A stretch of DNA of 64,000 nucleotides from Oscillospiraceae bacterium (GTDB lineage Bacteria; Bacillota; Clostridia; Oscillospirales; Oscillospiraceae), in contig SVLO01000002.1 in NCBI GenBank assembly GCA_015067885.1, forward strand, positions 36,606 through 100,605. Direction: 5' to 3'. This document shows, one piece after another, positions 1 through 9,249 of the stretch (positions within the stretch are counted from its first letter, which is position 1; each line of letters opens with the position of its first letter). A program made the position numbers and the translations under genes. Under the pieces are notes generated by a model, which was given only the letters and a program-made list of their open reading frames with translations, was not told the DNA's origin and made no database searches.

Positions 1-321
1 TACAAACACAGCGATGCCATCTACACCCCCGACCGCGCCGACTCCCTGCCCTATCTGGAGCAATTGCTGGACGACGTGATGTATTTCGAGCTGCTGCGGG
101 ACGACGAATTCGACTCCGAGGGCGATTACATCTCCCTCACCGCCCCGGAGATGTTCGACTACCTCTCCTTCGACTTCTTTACCGACCCGGGGCAGCAGCA
201 CGTCATCCGAATCCGGCGTACCGACATGGACCTTGAGCCATTCTATTATGCAGCCTCAAAGGATGGGGACTACTTCCCTGCCGGCCAGGTGGTGGCCCAT
301 TGGCTGGAGTCCCTCGCATAA
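1..321 (+). CDS. Hypothetical protein, C-terminal fragment (5'-partial)
   Basis: Frame 1 is open from base 1 (YKHSDAIYTPDRADSL...) to TAA at 319-321 and has coding-like GC3 bias. No family recognised. Confidence 0.7.
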   Translation, partial: YKHSDAIYTPDRADSLPYLEQLLDDVMYFELLRDDEFDSEGDYISLTAPEMFDYLSFDFFTDPGQQHVIRIRRTDMDLEPFYYAASKDGDYFPAGQVVAHWLESLA

Positions 322-335
322 CCTTTGGCCTCTGC

Positions 336-360
336 GCAGGGCCCGATGCCCCCATCGGGC
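336..360 (+). repeat. Degenerate GTAG-type REP hairpin
   Basis: GCAGG-GCCCGATG-CCCC-CATCGGGC has the same layout as the GTAGGGG-hairpin REPs at 42316 and 47344. Confidence 0.4.
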
Positions 361-374
361 TGTGTCTGATAAAC

Positions 375-406
375 AAAAAGCACCGTGGCATTGCCACGGT
401 GCTTTT
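375..406. terminator. Bidirectional intrinsic terminator
   Basis: AAAAAGCACCGTGGCA-T-TGCCACGGTGCTTTT between convergent genes. Confidence 0.85.
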
Positions 407-417
407 CTCTGTTTCGA

Positions 418-1446
418 TTAGCGCTGGATACGGCCGGAGCCGTCGCCGCCGGCCAGCTTTTCCACCTCGGCCACGGTGACCATGTTGTAGTCGCCCTCGA
501 TGGAGTGCTTCAGGGCGGAGGCCGCCACGGCGAACTCCACCGCCGCCTGGGTATCCTTACCGGTGAGGATGGAGTAGATCAGGCCGCCGCCAAAGCTGTC
601 GCCGCCGCCCACACGGTCGATGATGTGCAGGTCGTACTTCTTGGAGAAGCAGTACTTGTCCTCGGCCACGTTGTAGAGCATGGCGCTCCAGCCGTTGTCG
701 AAGGCGGAGCGGGACTCACGCAGGGTGATGGCGACCATCTCAAAGCCAAACTTGTCCGCCAGCTGACGGGCCACGGACTTGTAGCCCTCGTGGTTGATCT
801 GACCGCCGTAGATGTCGGTGGCCTCGGCCTCGATGCCGAAGACGTCCTTGGCATCTTCCTCGTTGGAGATGCACACGTCCACGTACTGGCACAGGTCGGT
901 CATAGCTTCACGGGCCTGGTCCCGGGTCCACAGCTTGCCCCGGTAGTTCAGGTCGCAGGAGATCTTGACGCCACGGGCCTTGGCGGCCTTGCAGGCGTTG
1001 CGGCAGATGTCCACCACGTTGGGACCCAGGGCGGGAGAGATGCCGGTGAAGTGGAACCAGTCGGCACCGTCGAAGATCTTATCCCAATCGAACTCGTCGG
1101 CGCAGGCCTTCTGAATGGCGGAGTTGGCGCGGTCGTAGATACACACGCTGCCCCGCTGGGAGGCGCCCTTCTCGTTGAAGTAAATACCCACACGCTCGCC
1201 GCCCCGGACGATGAGGGAGGTATCCACGCCGTAGCGGCGCAGGCTGTTCACCGCCGCCTGACCGATGGCGTGGGCGGGCAGTTTGGTGACGAAAGCGGCA
1301 TCCATGCCGTAGTTGGCCAGGGACACGGCCACGTTGGCCTCGCCGCCGCCGAAGGTGAATTCCACGTGGTCGCACTGGACGAACCGCTCGTAGTTATAGG
1401 GCTGCAGGCGGAGCATCAGCTCGCCAAAGGTAACGATTCTGCTCAT
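418..1446 (-). CDS. kdgK: 2-keto-3-deoxygluconate kinase (PfkB family)
   Basis: GGGEANVAVSLA and DRVGGGDSF PfkB motifs; overlaps the end of eda. Confidence 0.92.
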   Translation of the reverse strand: MSRIVTFGELMLRLQPYNYERFVQCDHVEFTFGGGEANVAVSLANYGMDAAFVTKLPAHAIGQAAVNSLRRYGVDTSLIVRGGERVGIYFNEKGASQRGSVCIYDRANSAIQKACADEFDWDKIFDGADWFHFTGISPALGPNVVDICRNACKAAKARGVKISCDLNYRGKLWTRDQAREAMTDLCQYVDVCISNEEDAKDVFGIEAEATDIYGGQINHEGYKSVARQLADKFGFEMVAITLRESRSAFDNGWSAMLYNVAEDKYCFSKKYDLHIIDRVGGGDSFGGGLIYSILTGKDTQAAVEFAVAASALKHSIEGDYNMVTVAEVEKLAGGDGSGRIQR

Positions 1447-2087
1447 TTTGCGCGTGCCTCCTTCACAATTTCAACGGATTGCTTGCACAGCTCGGTGATC
1501 TCGTCCCATTTGCCGTTCTCGATGAGGTCGGCGGTGACCATGTAGGAGCCGCCGCAGGCGCAGATGACGGGAGAGGAGCTGTACTCCTTCAAATTCTTCA
1601 AAGAAATGCCGCCGGTGGGCATCACCTTGAACATGGGGAAAGGGGCGGCCATGGCCTTGATCTTGGCCAGACCGCCGGACTGCTCGGCGGGGAAGAACTT
1701 CAGCACTTCAAGGCCAAACTTCAGCGCCGCATGGTAATCGGTGGGGGTGGTGCAGCCGGGATAGATGGCAATGCCCTTTTCCACGCAGTAGGCCACGATC
1801 TCGGGGTCAAAGCCGGGGGTGACGATGAACTCGGCACCGGCGGCCATGGCCAGGTCCACGTGCTGGGTGGTGGTAACGGTGCCGGCACCGCACAGGATCT
1901 CGGGACAGGCCGCTTTCATCAGACGGATGGCGGTGTCCGCACCGGCGGCACGGAAGGTCACCTCCGCAATGGGTACGCCGCCGGCACACAGGGCCTTTGC
2001 CAGGGGCGCGGCATCCCGCTCCGGATCGGTCAGCTTGATTACCGGCACGATGCCGATTTCGGAAACACGCTTGTTCAGTTCATTCAT
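1443..2087 (-). CDS. eda: KDPG/KHG aldolase
   Basis: EVTFRA, GAGTV, FIVTPG, LKFFPA and MPTGGI motifs; start moved to ATG 2087 after RBS AGGAGA. Confidence 0.93.
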   Translation of the reverse strand: MNELNKRVSEIGIVPVIKLTDPERDAAPLAKALCAGGVPIAEVTFRAAGADTAIRLMKAACPEILCGAGTVTTTQHVDLAMAAGAEFIVTPGFDPEIVAYCVEKGIAIYPGCTTPTDYHAALKFGLEVLKFFPAEQSGGLAKIKAMAAPFPMFKVMPTGGISLKNLKEYSSSPVICACGGSYMVTADLIENGKWDEITELCKQSVEIVKEARAK

Positions 2088-2221
2088 ATCGGTTTCTCCT
2101 TTTTTCGCCAGTTTGGCAGTGTCTATGTATTCAGTATAAGACTCTCTTTTCTCAATAGCAATTGCTTTTTTCGCTTGACACATTGCAATTCTTGCGGCAA
2201 TATTAATTTGAGGTGCTTTTT

Positions 2222-3079
2222 ATGAAAGAACGGACCCATAATTTCGACCCGCGGCAGGATATGGCCACCCCGGATTTTGAGGTGTTTCATTATCACAACA
2301 GCCATCCCGCCGACGTTGAATTACACCATCACGACTTCTATATGGTCTATTACTTCCTTGGGGACAAGACCCGGTTTCAGGTCAATGGCCGCATCTACCA
2401 CCTGCAGGCCGGTGATCTGCTGCTCATCGCGCCCACGGAGTTTCACCGCCCCATCCCCGACCCCAAATCCCAAAGCGTCGAGCGTATCGTACTGTGGATC
2501 AGCAAGGGGTTTTTAGCCTCCTTCCCCTCTGACCGCGTATCCCTGACCCAATGCTTCGACAGCTCCCTGCCCGGTCACACCTGTCTGCTGCGCCCCTCCA
2601 CCGCGCAGCGGGCCAACCTGACCCAATGGCTGGGCGAGCTGCTGCGAGAGGTCCACAAGCAGGATTTCGGCTCCGATTTGTACTGTCGGGGCATATTGCT
2701 GCAGCTGATGACGGTCCTCAACCGCCTTGCCCTGCGCGCCACACCCCAAAATGATGCGCAGGATTCCGTCTCTTTGGCCGCCAGGGTGCTGGACTATATC
2801 AACGAGCATTATAACGAACCCATGTCTTTGGACAGCCTTGCCCAGCAGTTTTTTGTCAGCAAGTATCACCTCTCTCACGAATTCAGCACCGTGGTGGGTA
2901 CCAGCGTGTACCGCTGTATCATGCTCAAACGGCTGCACATGGCCAAGCAGATGCTGTCCTCCGGCATGGCCCCCGGGGCGGTGTACGGTAACTGCGGCTT
3001 CAGCGATTACGCCAACTTCTTCCGGGCCTTCAAATCCCAATATGGCGTCAGTCCCAGTGACTGCGTGGAAAAAGCATAA
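2222..3079 (+). CDS. AraC-family transcriptional regulator (cupin + HTH)
   Basis: N-terminal HHHDFY cupin; C-terminal SKYHLSHEF...CGFSDYANFFRAFK; divergent from eda-kdgK; RBS GAGGTG. Confidence 0.92.
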   Translation: MKERTHNFDPRQDMATPDFEVFHYHNSHPADVELHHHDFYMVYYFLGDKTRFQVNGRIYHLQAGDLLLIAPTEFHRPIPDPKSQSVERIVLWISKGFLASFPSDRVSLTQCFDSSLPGHTCLLRPSTAQRANLTQWLGELLREVHKQDFGSDLYCRGILLQLMTVLNRLALRATPQNDAQDSVSLAARVLDYINEHYNEPMSLDSLAQQFFVSKYHLSHEFSTVVGTSVYRCIMLKRLHMAKQMLSSGMAPGAVYGNCGFSDYANFFRAFKSQYGVSPSDCVEKA

Positions 3080-3080
3080 C

Positions 3081-3115
3081 AAAAACCGGAGTGGATACAA
3101 CCACTCCGGTTTTTT
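3081..3115. terminator. Bidirectional intrinsic terminator
   Basis: AAAAACCGGAGTGG-ATACAA-CCACTCCGGTTTTTT. Confidence 0.85.
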
Positions 3116-3118
3116 ATG

Positions 3119-3904
3119 TCAGCTTTCCGCGTAACGGGACAGGAATTGCCGGGTACGCTCCTGTTTGGGGTTGTCGATGACCTCTTTGGCGTCGCCCTGC
3201 TCCACGATGACGCCGCCGTCCATAAAAACGACCTGGTCGGCCACGTCCCGGGCGAAGGCCATTTCGTGGGTGACGATGATCATGGTGGTCTTTTGGTCGG
3301 CCAGGGATCGGATGACCTTCAGCACCTCGCCGGTCAGCTCCGGGTCCAGGGCTGAGGTAGGCTCGTCAAAGCAGAGGATATCGGGGTGCAGCGCCAAAGC
3401 CCGGGCAATGGCCACCCGCTGCTGCTGTCCGCCGGACAACTGGTGGGGATAGTGGTCGGCCCGGTCGGCAAGGCCCATGCGCTCCAGCAGCGCCTTGCCC
3501 TCGTCCTCGATCTCCTGCAGGATGCAATTTCGGTTCTGCTTGTAGTCCGCCCGCTCCTTGGCCAGCAGCTTCACCGCCAGGGTCACATTCTCCAGGGCGG
3601 TATACTGCGGGAAGAGGTTAAAGGACTGGAACACCATGCCGAAGTGCAGGCGCTTTTTGCGCAGCTCGCGCTCCTTTTGGGTGGCGGGGTCGGCGGCGTC
3701 GAAGATGACCTTGCCCTCCACGCTGATACTGCCCTGATTAGGTGTCTCCAAAAAGTTCAGGCAGCGCAGCAGGGTGGTCTTGCCGCTGCCGGAGGAGCCG
3801 ATAATGGCCAAAGCCTGGCCCCGCTCCAGCTCGAAGCTGATGTCCTCCAGCACCCGGGTGGCTCCGAAATGCTTTTCAATGTTACGTACTTCCAAAATCG
3901 CCAT
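3119..3904 (-). CDS. Polar amino-acid ABC transporter ATP-binding protein
   Basis: GSSGSGKT, LSGGQQQRVAIARAL and DEPTSALDPEL motifs. Confidence 0.95.
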   Translation of the reverse strand: MAILEVRNIEKHFGATRVLEDISFELERGQALAIIGSSGSGKTTLLRCLNFLETPNQGSISVEGKVIFDAADPATQKERELRKKRLHFGMVFQSFNLFPQYTALENVTLAVKLLAKERADYKQNRNCILQEIEDEGKALLERMGLADRADHYPHQLSGGQQQRVAIARALALHPDILCFDEPTSALDPELTGEVLKVIRSLADQKTTMIIVTHEMAFARDVADQVVFMDGGVIVEQGDAKEVIDNPKQERTRQFLSRYAES

Positions 3905-3916
3905 TTCGCCACCCCC

Positions 3917-4648
3917 TTATCTGAAATAATCCATCTTGCGCTCCAGCCAGCCGAACAGCAGGGTCAGCGCGCCCACGAACAGCAGGAAGAACAGGCCCGT
4001 GGAGAACAGGGGCCAAATCAAGCCCTTGCTGGTGTACTCGTTGGCCATCATGATGATCTCTTTATTGGCGATGATACGAGCCAGGGAGGTATCTTTCACC
4101 AGGGTAATGATCTCGTTGCCCATGGGCGGGATGATCCGTTTGACCAACTGCAGCAGGGTGACCTTGAAGAAGATCTGGGTCTTGGTCATGCCCAGCACCT
4201 CGCCGGCCTCGTACTGTCCTTTGGGGATGGCGTCAATGCCGCCGCGGTAGATCTCGGAAAAATAGCAGGCGTAGTTGATAACAAAGGCCACTGCCGCGCC
4301 GCTGAAGCGGCCAAACATGGGCAGGTCCCAGCCGTATTTGACATTCAGAATACCCGGCACGAAAAAGAACACGATGACCTGCAGCATCAGCGGGGTTCCC
4401 CGAATGACCCACACAAAGGTCTTGACCAGCCAGGCCAAAGGCTTGAACCTACTGCGGCAGCCAAGGCAGATCACCAGTCCCAGCGGAATGGCGAAGAGCA
4501 GGGTGACGAAAAACAGCTCGCAGTTAAGTAAAAAAGCCTCGCACAGGCGCCCGAGGATCACCATTATTTCCGAGTTCGCAAGCCAATCTCCCGCGCCCGC
4601 AAACCAGCTTGTCAGCAAATCGATCCAGCGACCAAGCGTTTCAACCAT
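3917..4648 (-). CDS. Polar amino-acid ABC transporter permease
   Basis: RGTPLMLQ, EIYRGGI..IPKGQYEA and LVKDTSL motifs. Confidence 0.93.
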   Translation of the reverse strand: MVETLGRWIDLLTSWFAGAGDWLANSEIMVILGRLCEAFLLNCELFFVTLLFAIPLGLVICLGCRSRFKPLAWLVKTFVWVIRGTPLMLQVIVFFFVPGILNVKYGWDLPMFGRFSGAAVAFVINYACYFSEIYRGGIDAIPKGQYEAGEVLGMTKTQIFFKVTLLQLVKRIIPPMGNEIITLVKDTSLARIIANKEIIMMANEYTSKGLIWPLFSTGLFFLLFVGALTLLFGWLERKMDYFR

Positions 4649-4672
4649 GTAAACACCTCAAAACACACACCA

Positions 4673-4700
4673 TGGGACAGCGGCAAAGGCCGCTGTCCCA
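4673..4700. other. Intercistronic stem-loop between SBP and permease genes
   Basis: TGGGACAGCGGC-AAAG-GCCGCTGTCCCA, 12-bp stem; probable mRNA-stability or partial-termination element. Confidence 0.6.
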
Positions 4701-4734
4701 AGTGCAACAAAGTCTTAATAAATTCGGCTCAGCC

Positions 4735-5511
4735 TTACTCGGCCAGAGTCAGGCTGTACTTTTCAGCCAGGGCGGCCATGGTGCCGTCGGCAATCAGAGC
4801 CTCGAAAGCGGCGTTGGTGGCGGCGGCGGCGTCACTGCCCTTGCGGAAGGCAACACCGTAGAACTCCTCGGCCAGCTGGTCCTTGATGGCCAGGTTGGCG
4901 TAATCGGTACCCTCACCGATCATGGCGTTGGCCAGGGTGATGTCCAGCACGGCGGCGTCGCAGGTGCCGGCGGCGACCTCCATCAGGCAGTCGGTCTGCA
5001 CGGTCTTGGGGATGTAGTTGGCCTGCTTCAGACCCTCATCAGCCTCGATGGTGGACTGACCGGCGGAGCCCTGCTCGGCGCAAACGTTCTTGCCGGCCAG
5101 GTCGGTGGTGTTGTTGTACTCCTTGTCAGCCAGCATCACGACCACCTGGGCGTTGACCACGTAGGGGTTGGTGATCTCCATGTTGGCCTGGCGCTCCTCG
5201 GTGATGGTCATGCCGTTCCAAACGCAGTCGATGCTGCCGGCGTTCAGCTCCACTTCCTTGGTGTCCCAGTTGATCTCCACAAACTTGGGGGTGACACCCA
5301 GCTTCTTGCACACAGCGATGGCCAGCTCGGTATCAAAACCGGTAAAGATACCATTCTCGTCGGTGTAGTTCATAGGCTCGTACACGGTGTAGCCGATGAC
5401 CATCTCGCCCTTGGCCTTGATGGCTTCCATATCGCTGGCGCTCTCGCCGCCACAGGCAACCAGAGCCAGGCTCATGGCAACAGCCATGATAAACGCAACA
5501 ATCTTCTTCAT
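4735..5511 (-). CDS. Amino-acid ABC transporter substrate-binding lipoprotein
   Basis: MKKIVAF...LALVAC lipobox; GFDTELA, WNGMTITEER family-3 SBP motifs; RBS GGAGG. Confidence 0.93.
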   Translation of the reverse strand: MKKIVAFIMAVAMSLALVACGGESASDMEAIKAKGEMVIGYTVYEPMNYTDENGIFTGFDTELAIAVCKKLGVTPKFVEINWDTKEVELNAGSIDCVWNGMTITEERQANMEITNPYVVNAQVVVMLADKEYNNTTDLAGKNVCAEQGSAGQSTIEADEGLKQANYIPKTVQTDCLMEVAAGTCDAAVLDITLANAMIGEGTDYANLAIKDQLAEEFYGVAFRKGSDAAAATNAAFEALIADGTMAALAEKYSLTLAE

Positions 5512-5582
5512 GATAAGTAACCTCCAAAATCTACTGCTTGTTTTTCTGCGTTCGGGAGGGGGTCGCCCTCCCGACACTTTCG

Positions 5583-5612
5583 CATTTTAGCATGCTAAAT
5601 CGCTGTTGTAAA
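5583..5612 (-). promoter_or_regulatory. SigA-type promoter overlapped by a palindromic operator
   Basis: TTTACA(5607-5612)-N17-TAAAAT(5584-5589) with extended TG; perfect palindrome TTTAGCATGCTAAA at 5586-5599. Confidence 0.6.
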
Positions 5613-5694
5613 GATGTTTTTTCAATTTTCACTTTCTTTGTGGCTTTTCCACAATTGCAACACGGTTTTCCACAACATTTTTCATTGACCACAC

Positions 5695-5731
5695 AAACAA
5701 AATGGGCGTCCGATCGTTCGGACGCCCGTTT
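5695..5731 (-). terminator. Intrinsic terminator of the SASP gene
   Basis: GGGCGTCCGA-N4-TCGGACGCCC (5704-5727) followed by a U-rich tract on the minus strand. Confidence 0.8.
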
Positions 5732-5749
5732 CGTTCCCAAAGATTGGTG

Positions 5750-5953
5750 TTAGGTCAGACCGTTCTCGTAGGCCTGGATCATCTTCTTGACCATCTGGCC
5801 GCCGACGGAGCCGGCCTGCTTGCTGGTCAGATCGCCGTTGTAGCCCTGCTTCAGGTTGACGCCCACCTCGTTGGCGGCCTCCATCTTGAACTTGTTCATG
5901 GCCTCGCGGGCGTTGGGAACGACCAGCTTGTTGCTGTTGTTGCTGTTAGACAT
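5750..5953 (-). CDS. Alpha/beta-type small acid-soluble spore protein
   Basis: KFKMEAANEVGV...GDLTSKQAGSVGGQMVKKMI signature. Confidence 0.95.
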   Translation of the reverse strand: MSNSNNSNKLVVPNAREAMNKFKMEAANEVGVNLKQGYNGDLTSKQAGSVGGQMVKKMIQAYENGLT

Positions 5954-6000
5954 GACAGTTTCTCCTCACTTCATTTTTCTTCGGACGGAACATCCGACCA

Positions 6001-6029
6001 TAGCATTGCCCACAGCTTGCATCCTATGC
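6001..6029 (-). promoter_or_regulatory. Candidate SigG promoter for the SASP gene
   Basis: GCATA-N17-AATGCTA on the minus strand fits the forespore SigG pattern expected for SASP genes. Confidence 0.5.
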
Positions 6030-6125
6030 GGCCGACCCATTTCCTTTTTCTGCTCATCTTCCATTGTTTGGCGTATGTACGCCGGTTTTATTTGCACACC
6101 ATATAGAAATAAAGGAGGTTTTTCT

Positions 6126-7094
6126 ATGTGTACCGCGCTTTCTCTCACCGCCGGCGGCCATTTGTTCGGCCGCACGCTGGATTTGGAACATTCCTACGGC
6201 GAGGCGGTGGTCATCGCCCCCCGCCGGTTCCCCCTTCGCTTTTGCTGCCAGTCAACGCAGGCCCGCCACCACGCCATCATCGGCGTGGCCCATATCCGGG
6301 ACGGCACCCCGCTCTACTATGACGCCGTCAACGAACACGGTCTTGCCATCGCGGCCCTGAATTTTCCGCACAGCGCCGTCTATGGCACCACCGAGGGTGA
6401 AAACTGGCTGGCCCCCTACGAGGTCATCCCATTTCTGCTGGGTCGCTGCACCACGGCGCAGCAGGCCGCGGTGCTGCTGGGCGGTCTGTGCATTGCCCGG
6501 CACGCCTTCAGCGCCGATTTGCCCTGCACCCCACTGCACTGGCTGCTGGCCGACGGGCAGGACTGCTTTGTGGCCGAGCCGCGTCAGGACGGCGTGCGCA
6601 TCTACCGCAACCCGGTACGGGTGCTGACCAACGAGCCTCCCTTCCCCCGACAGTTGGAGCGCTTGAACGATTATCTCAATCTCTCCGCGCTCCCGGCGGA
6701 AAATCGGTTCTCCGCCGGGCTGAATTTAACCCCCTGCAGCCGTGGCATGGGGGCTATGGGTCTGCCGGGGGACTTTTCCTCCCAGTCCCGCTTCGTCCGG
6801 GCGGCCTTCGTCAGCCAAAATGCCCGCAGCTATCACACCGCCGACCGGGGTGTGGCCCGGTTCTTTCAGCTCATGGCCTGCCTTACGGTACCCCGGGGCA
6901 GCGTGCGTCTGCCCACCGGGGACGTGGAAACCATCTACACCTCCTGCTGCGACGCCGCCCAGGGGATCTACTACTATACCTGTGCCGAAAACCCATCTCT
7001 TTCCGCCGTGGCGCTTCATCGGGCGGATCTGGAGTGGCACACGCTCTTCACACATCCACTGTCCCTTCCTCTGAATATTCAGTGGCAGAATTAA
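6126..7094 (+). CDS. Choloylglycine hydrolase / penicillin V acylase family Ntn hydrolase
   Basis: M-C-T start (N-terminal nucleophile Cys), GRTLD, DAVNEHGL, LTNEP, LPGDFSSQSRFVRA; RBS AAGGAGG. Confidence 0.9.
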   Translation: MCTALSLTAGGHLFGRTLDLEHSYGEAVVIAPRRFPLRFCCQSTQARHHAIIGVAHIRDGTPLYYDAVNEHGLAIAALNFPHSAVYGTTEGENWLAPYEVIPFLLGRCTTAQQAAVLLGGLCIARHAFSADLPCTPLHWLLADGQDCFVAEPRQDGVRIYRNPVRVLTNEPPFPRQLERLNDYLNLSALPAENRFSAGLNLTPCSRGMGAMGLPGDFSSQSRFVRAAFVSQNARSYHTADRGVARFFQLMACLTVPRGSVRLPTGDVETIYTSCCDAAQGIYYYTCAENPSLSAVALHRADLEWHTLFTHPLSLPLNIQWQN

Positions 7095-7692
7095 GGGGTC
7101 CCTGCTCGGCATCCATGGTCATGACGGACACCTCGAAGGCGGTGCGCAACTCCTCCCGGTCCTCCAGCCGTTTGGTGTAGACCCGGCTTTGCAACCGTCC
7201 CTCCAGCACCACCGAAGCCCCCACGTCAAGCCGGGCGCAGCGATAGGCCAGCGCGCCCCAGGAGATACAGGGCAGGTAATCCGCCCGCCCGTAAGGACGA
7301 TTGACCGCCAGCATCATGTCGCAGATGTCCCGCCCCAAAGGCGTGCGTCGGAAGGTGGGCTGCTTGCACAGCACCCCCGCAAGCTCCAGACGATTTTCGT
7401 CCGGCCCCGGCTCCCTGCGCAGCTGTCGGGCAAAGGCAGTGATGACAAGGCGGTTTTTCACCGCCGTGTGGTCGTTAAAGGAGCGCACCTGCCCCTGCAC
7501 CGTTACCTCGTCCCCCTCCTCCACCGGACACAGCCGCAGCAGCCGTTCTCCAACCACCACATTCAGGCGGTCCTCGGCGCCGGACAGCCGACGCACCCGC
7601 AGGGGAAATATGTAAAACTCCTCACCATGGTTGCTGTGGGACACCCGCGGCGACAGCGCCAGGCGGCCATGCAGCACAATTTCATTTTTCAT
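7048..7692 (-). CDS. Single-stranded DNA-binding protein, clostridial two-OB-fold type
   Basis: RRLSGAED, RRTPLGRDICD, AVNRPYGRADYLPCISWG and EGRLQSRVY motifs. Confidence 0.85.
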   Translation of the reverse strand: MKNEIVLHGRLALSPRVSHSNHGEEFYIFPLRVRRLSGAEDRLNVVVGERLLRLCPVEEGDEVTVQGQVRSFNDHTAVKNRLVITAFARQLRREPGPDENRLELAGVLCKQPTFRRTPLGRDICDMMLAVNRPYGRADYLPCISWGALAYRCARLDVGASVVLEGRLQSRVYTKRLEDREELRTAFEVSVMTMDAEQGPLNSATEYSEEGTVDV

Positions 7693-7723
7693 CCGGCCAC
7701 GCTCCTATCGTTCAAGTGATAGG

Positions 7724-7752
7724 AGTATATGCCGCCCCCATGTCAAATATGA
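7724..7752 (-). promoter_or_regulatory. Candidate SigE promoter
   Basis: TCATATT-N14-CATATACT on the minus strand upstream of the SSB-like gene. Confidence 0.6.
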
Positions 7753-7785
7753 AAGCACCCCGTTCCGCCGGAACGGGGTGCTTTT
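7752..7785 (-). terminator. Intrinsic terminator after the sensor kinase
   Basis: AAAGCACCCCGTTCC-GCC-GGAACGGGGTGCTTTT. Confidence 0.8.
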
Positions 7786-7789
7786 CTCC

Positions 7790-9220
7790 TTACGCCAGCG
7801 TCAGTGTGAAGGTGAACTCGGTCACCCCATCCTCGCTGGTCACTGTCACAGTTTCTTTCATATTGCCCAATATGGTCTTGACGATGTAGAGTCCCAGCCC
7901 CACTCCGTCCCGGTCCCGACTGCGGGAGTGGTCTGCCTTGTGGAACCGGTCAAAGAGCAGCGGTAATTCCTCCGGCGGGATGGTCTGTCCCAAATTGCGC
8001 ACGGAAATGTACGCCTTTGCGTCCCGAGTGGCGATCTTTATGGTTATGTCACTGCCCGCCGCGGCAAACTTGGCCGCATTGTCCAGCAGATTATAACACA
8101 CCTGCGTCACCCCATCCGGGTCGCCCCAGACCATGACCGGCTGCTCCGGAATGTCCGTCTGCACGTCCAGACCGGCAGCGCTGATGTTGCCCTCCAGGCT
8201 GACCAGCACCCGCAGCATGACCTCGCTGATGTCGAAGCGCTCCTGCGCCAGTGTCTTTTCCTCCATGGCCCGCAGTCGGGACAGATCCAGCATCTTCCGC
8301 ACAAGGCGGGACAGCCGCCGGGTCTCCGACGCAATGACCTGCAGGGACTCCCGCTCCCGCTCCGCCGGAATGGTGCCGTCCAAAATACCGTCGGCAAAGC
8401 CCGCAATGGTGGTCATAGGGGTTTTCAGCTCGTGGGATACGTTGGCGATAAACTCGTTGCGCTGACTTTCCGTCTTCTCCAGGGAGCCGGCCATGCTGTT
8501 AAACGCCTCAGCCAGCGCCCCCACCTCGTCCCGGCGCCGTTCATAGCCGCGGATCCGGACGGAAAAGTCGCCGTGGCCAAATCTGCGGGCCGCCTCGGCG
8601 ATCTCGTTGAGGGGTCGGGTCTGTCGCGCCGCGCTGACGGAGCTTGCCACCACAGAAATAAACAGCACCGCCACCGCAGTGAAGAAAAAGATGTTGGACA
8701 TGGCCCGCCACAACTGTGACACGCCCCCGGCCCCGGCAGATACCAACACCAAACCCCGGGTGATTTCCGCGCCGCCCGCCTGCGCCTTTATGGGTACCGC
8801 CGCCAAAAAACGGCTTTCCGGATAGAGTCCCTCCAAATTCGTCATTCCGGTGTAGGCACCCCGCTCCGACACATGACGCAGCAGCGTGTCGGGTACGCTG
8901 CGGACATAGCGATAGGGTTTGGGCGTACCATCGGTGGCATAAACCACCCGGCCATCGGTTTCGCACAGAATGACGTGCGCCTCGGAAATCTGCGCCAGGG
9001 AGGCCACATACAGCTTGAAAAAGCCGTCCCTTACGTTGCCCTGCTCCAAATACGCACCGGCAAATTCAGAAATGTACTGCGCGTTGTGGAGTACGGAGTC
9101 CTTCTTCTCCTGAATGATGTACCGATAGGACAACATGGTAAACAGCGTGGACAACAGGGAGAAGGACAGAAACACAATACCCAAAATCAGGGCAAGCTGT
9201 CGTCTGTAAAATGTTTTCAG
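7790..9220 (-). CDS. HAMP-domain sensor histidine kinase (probable CTG start)
   Basis: Two TM segments, HAMP, SHELKTP, NLLDNA, GVGLGLYI. Strong RBS AAAGGAGG precedes in-frame CTG at 9220; the ORF track start is TTG 9184. Confidence 0.9.
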   Translation of the reverse strand: MKTFYRRQLALILGIVFLSFSLLSTLFTMLSYRYIIQEKKDSVLHNAQYISEFAGAYLEQGNVRDGFFKLYVASLAQISEAHVILCETDGRVVYATDGTPKPYRYVRSVPDTLLRHVSERGAYTGMTNLEGLYPESRFLAAVPIKAQAGGAEITRGLVLVSAGAGGVSQLWRAMSNIFFFTAVAVLFISVVASSVSAARQTRPLNEIAEAARRFGHGDFSVRIRGYERRRDEVGALAEAFNSMAGSLEKTESQRNEFIANVSHELKTPMTTIAGFADGILDGTIPAERERESLQVIASETRRLSRLVRKMLDLSRLRAMEEKTLAQERFDISEVMLRVLVSLEGNISAAGLDVQTDIPEQPVMVWGDPDGVTQVCYNLLDNAAKFAAAGSDITIKIATRDAKAYISVRNLGQTIPPEELPLLFDRFHKADHSRSRDRDGVGLGLYIVKTILGNMKETVTVTSEDGVTEFTFTLTLA

Positions 9221-9249
9221 GGTTCCCCCTCCTTTCCGCTGACGTTCCG

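Noticed and set aside
2321-2350. AraC cupin motif HHHDFYM instead of the usual HxHDFYE
   Set aside because: Single substitution that cannot be interpreted without an alignment.
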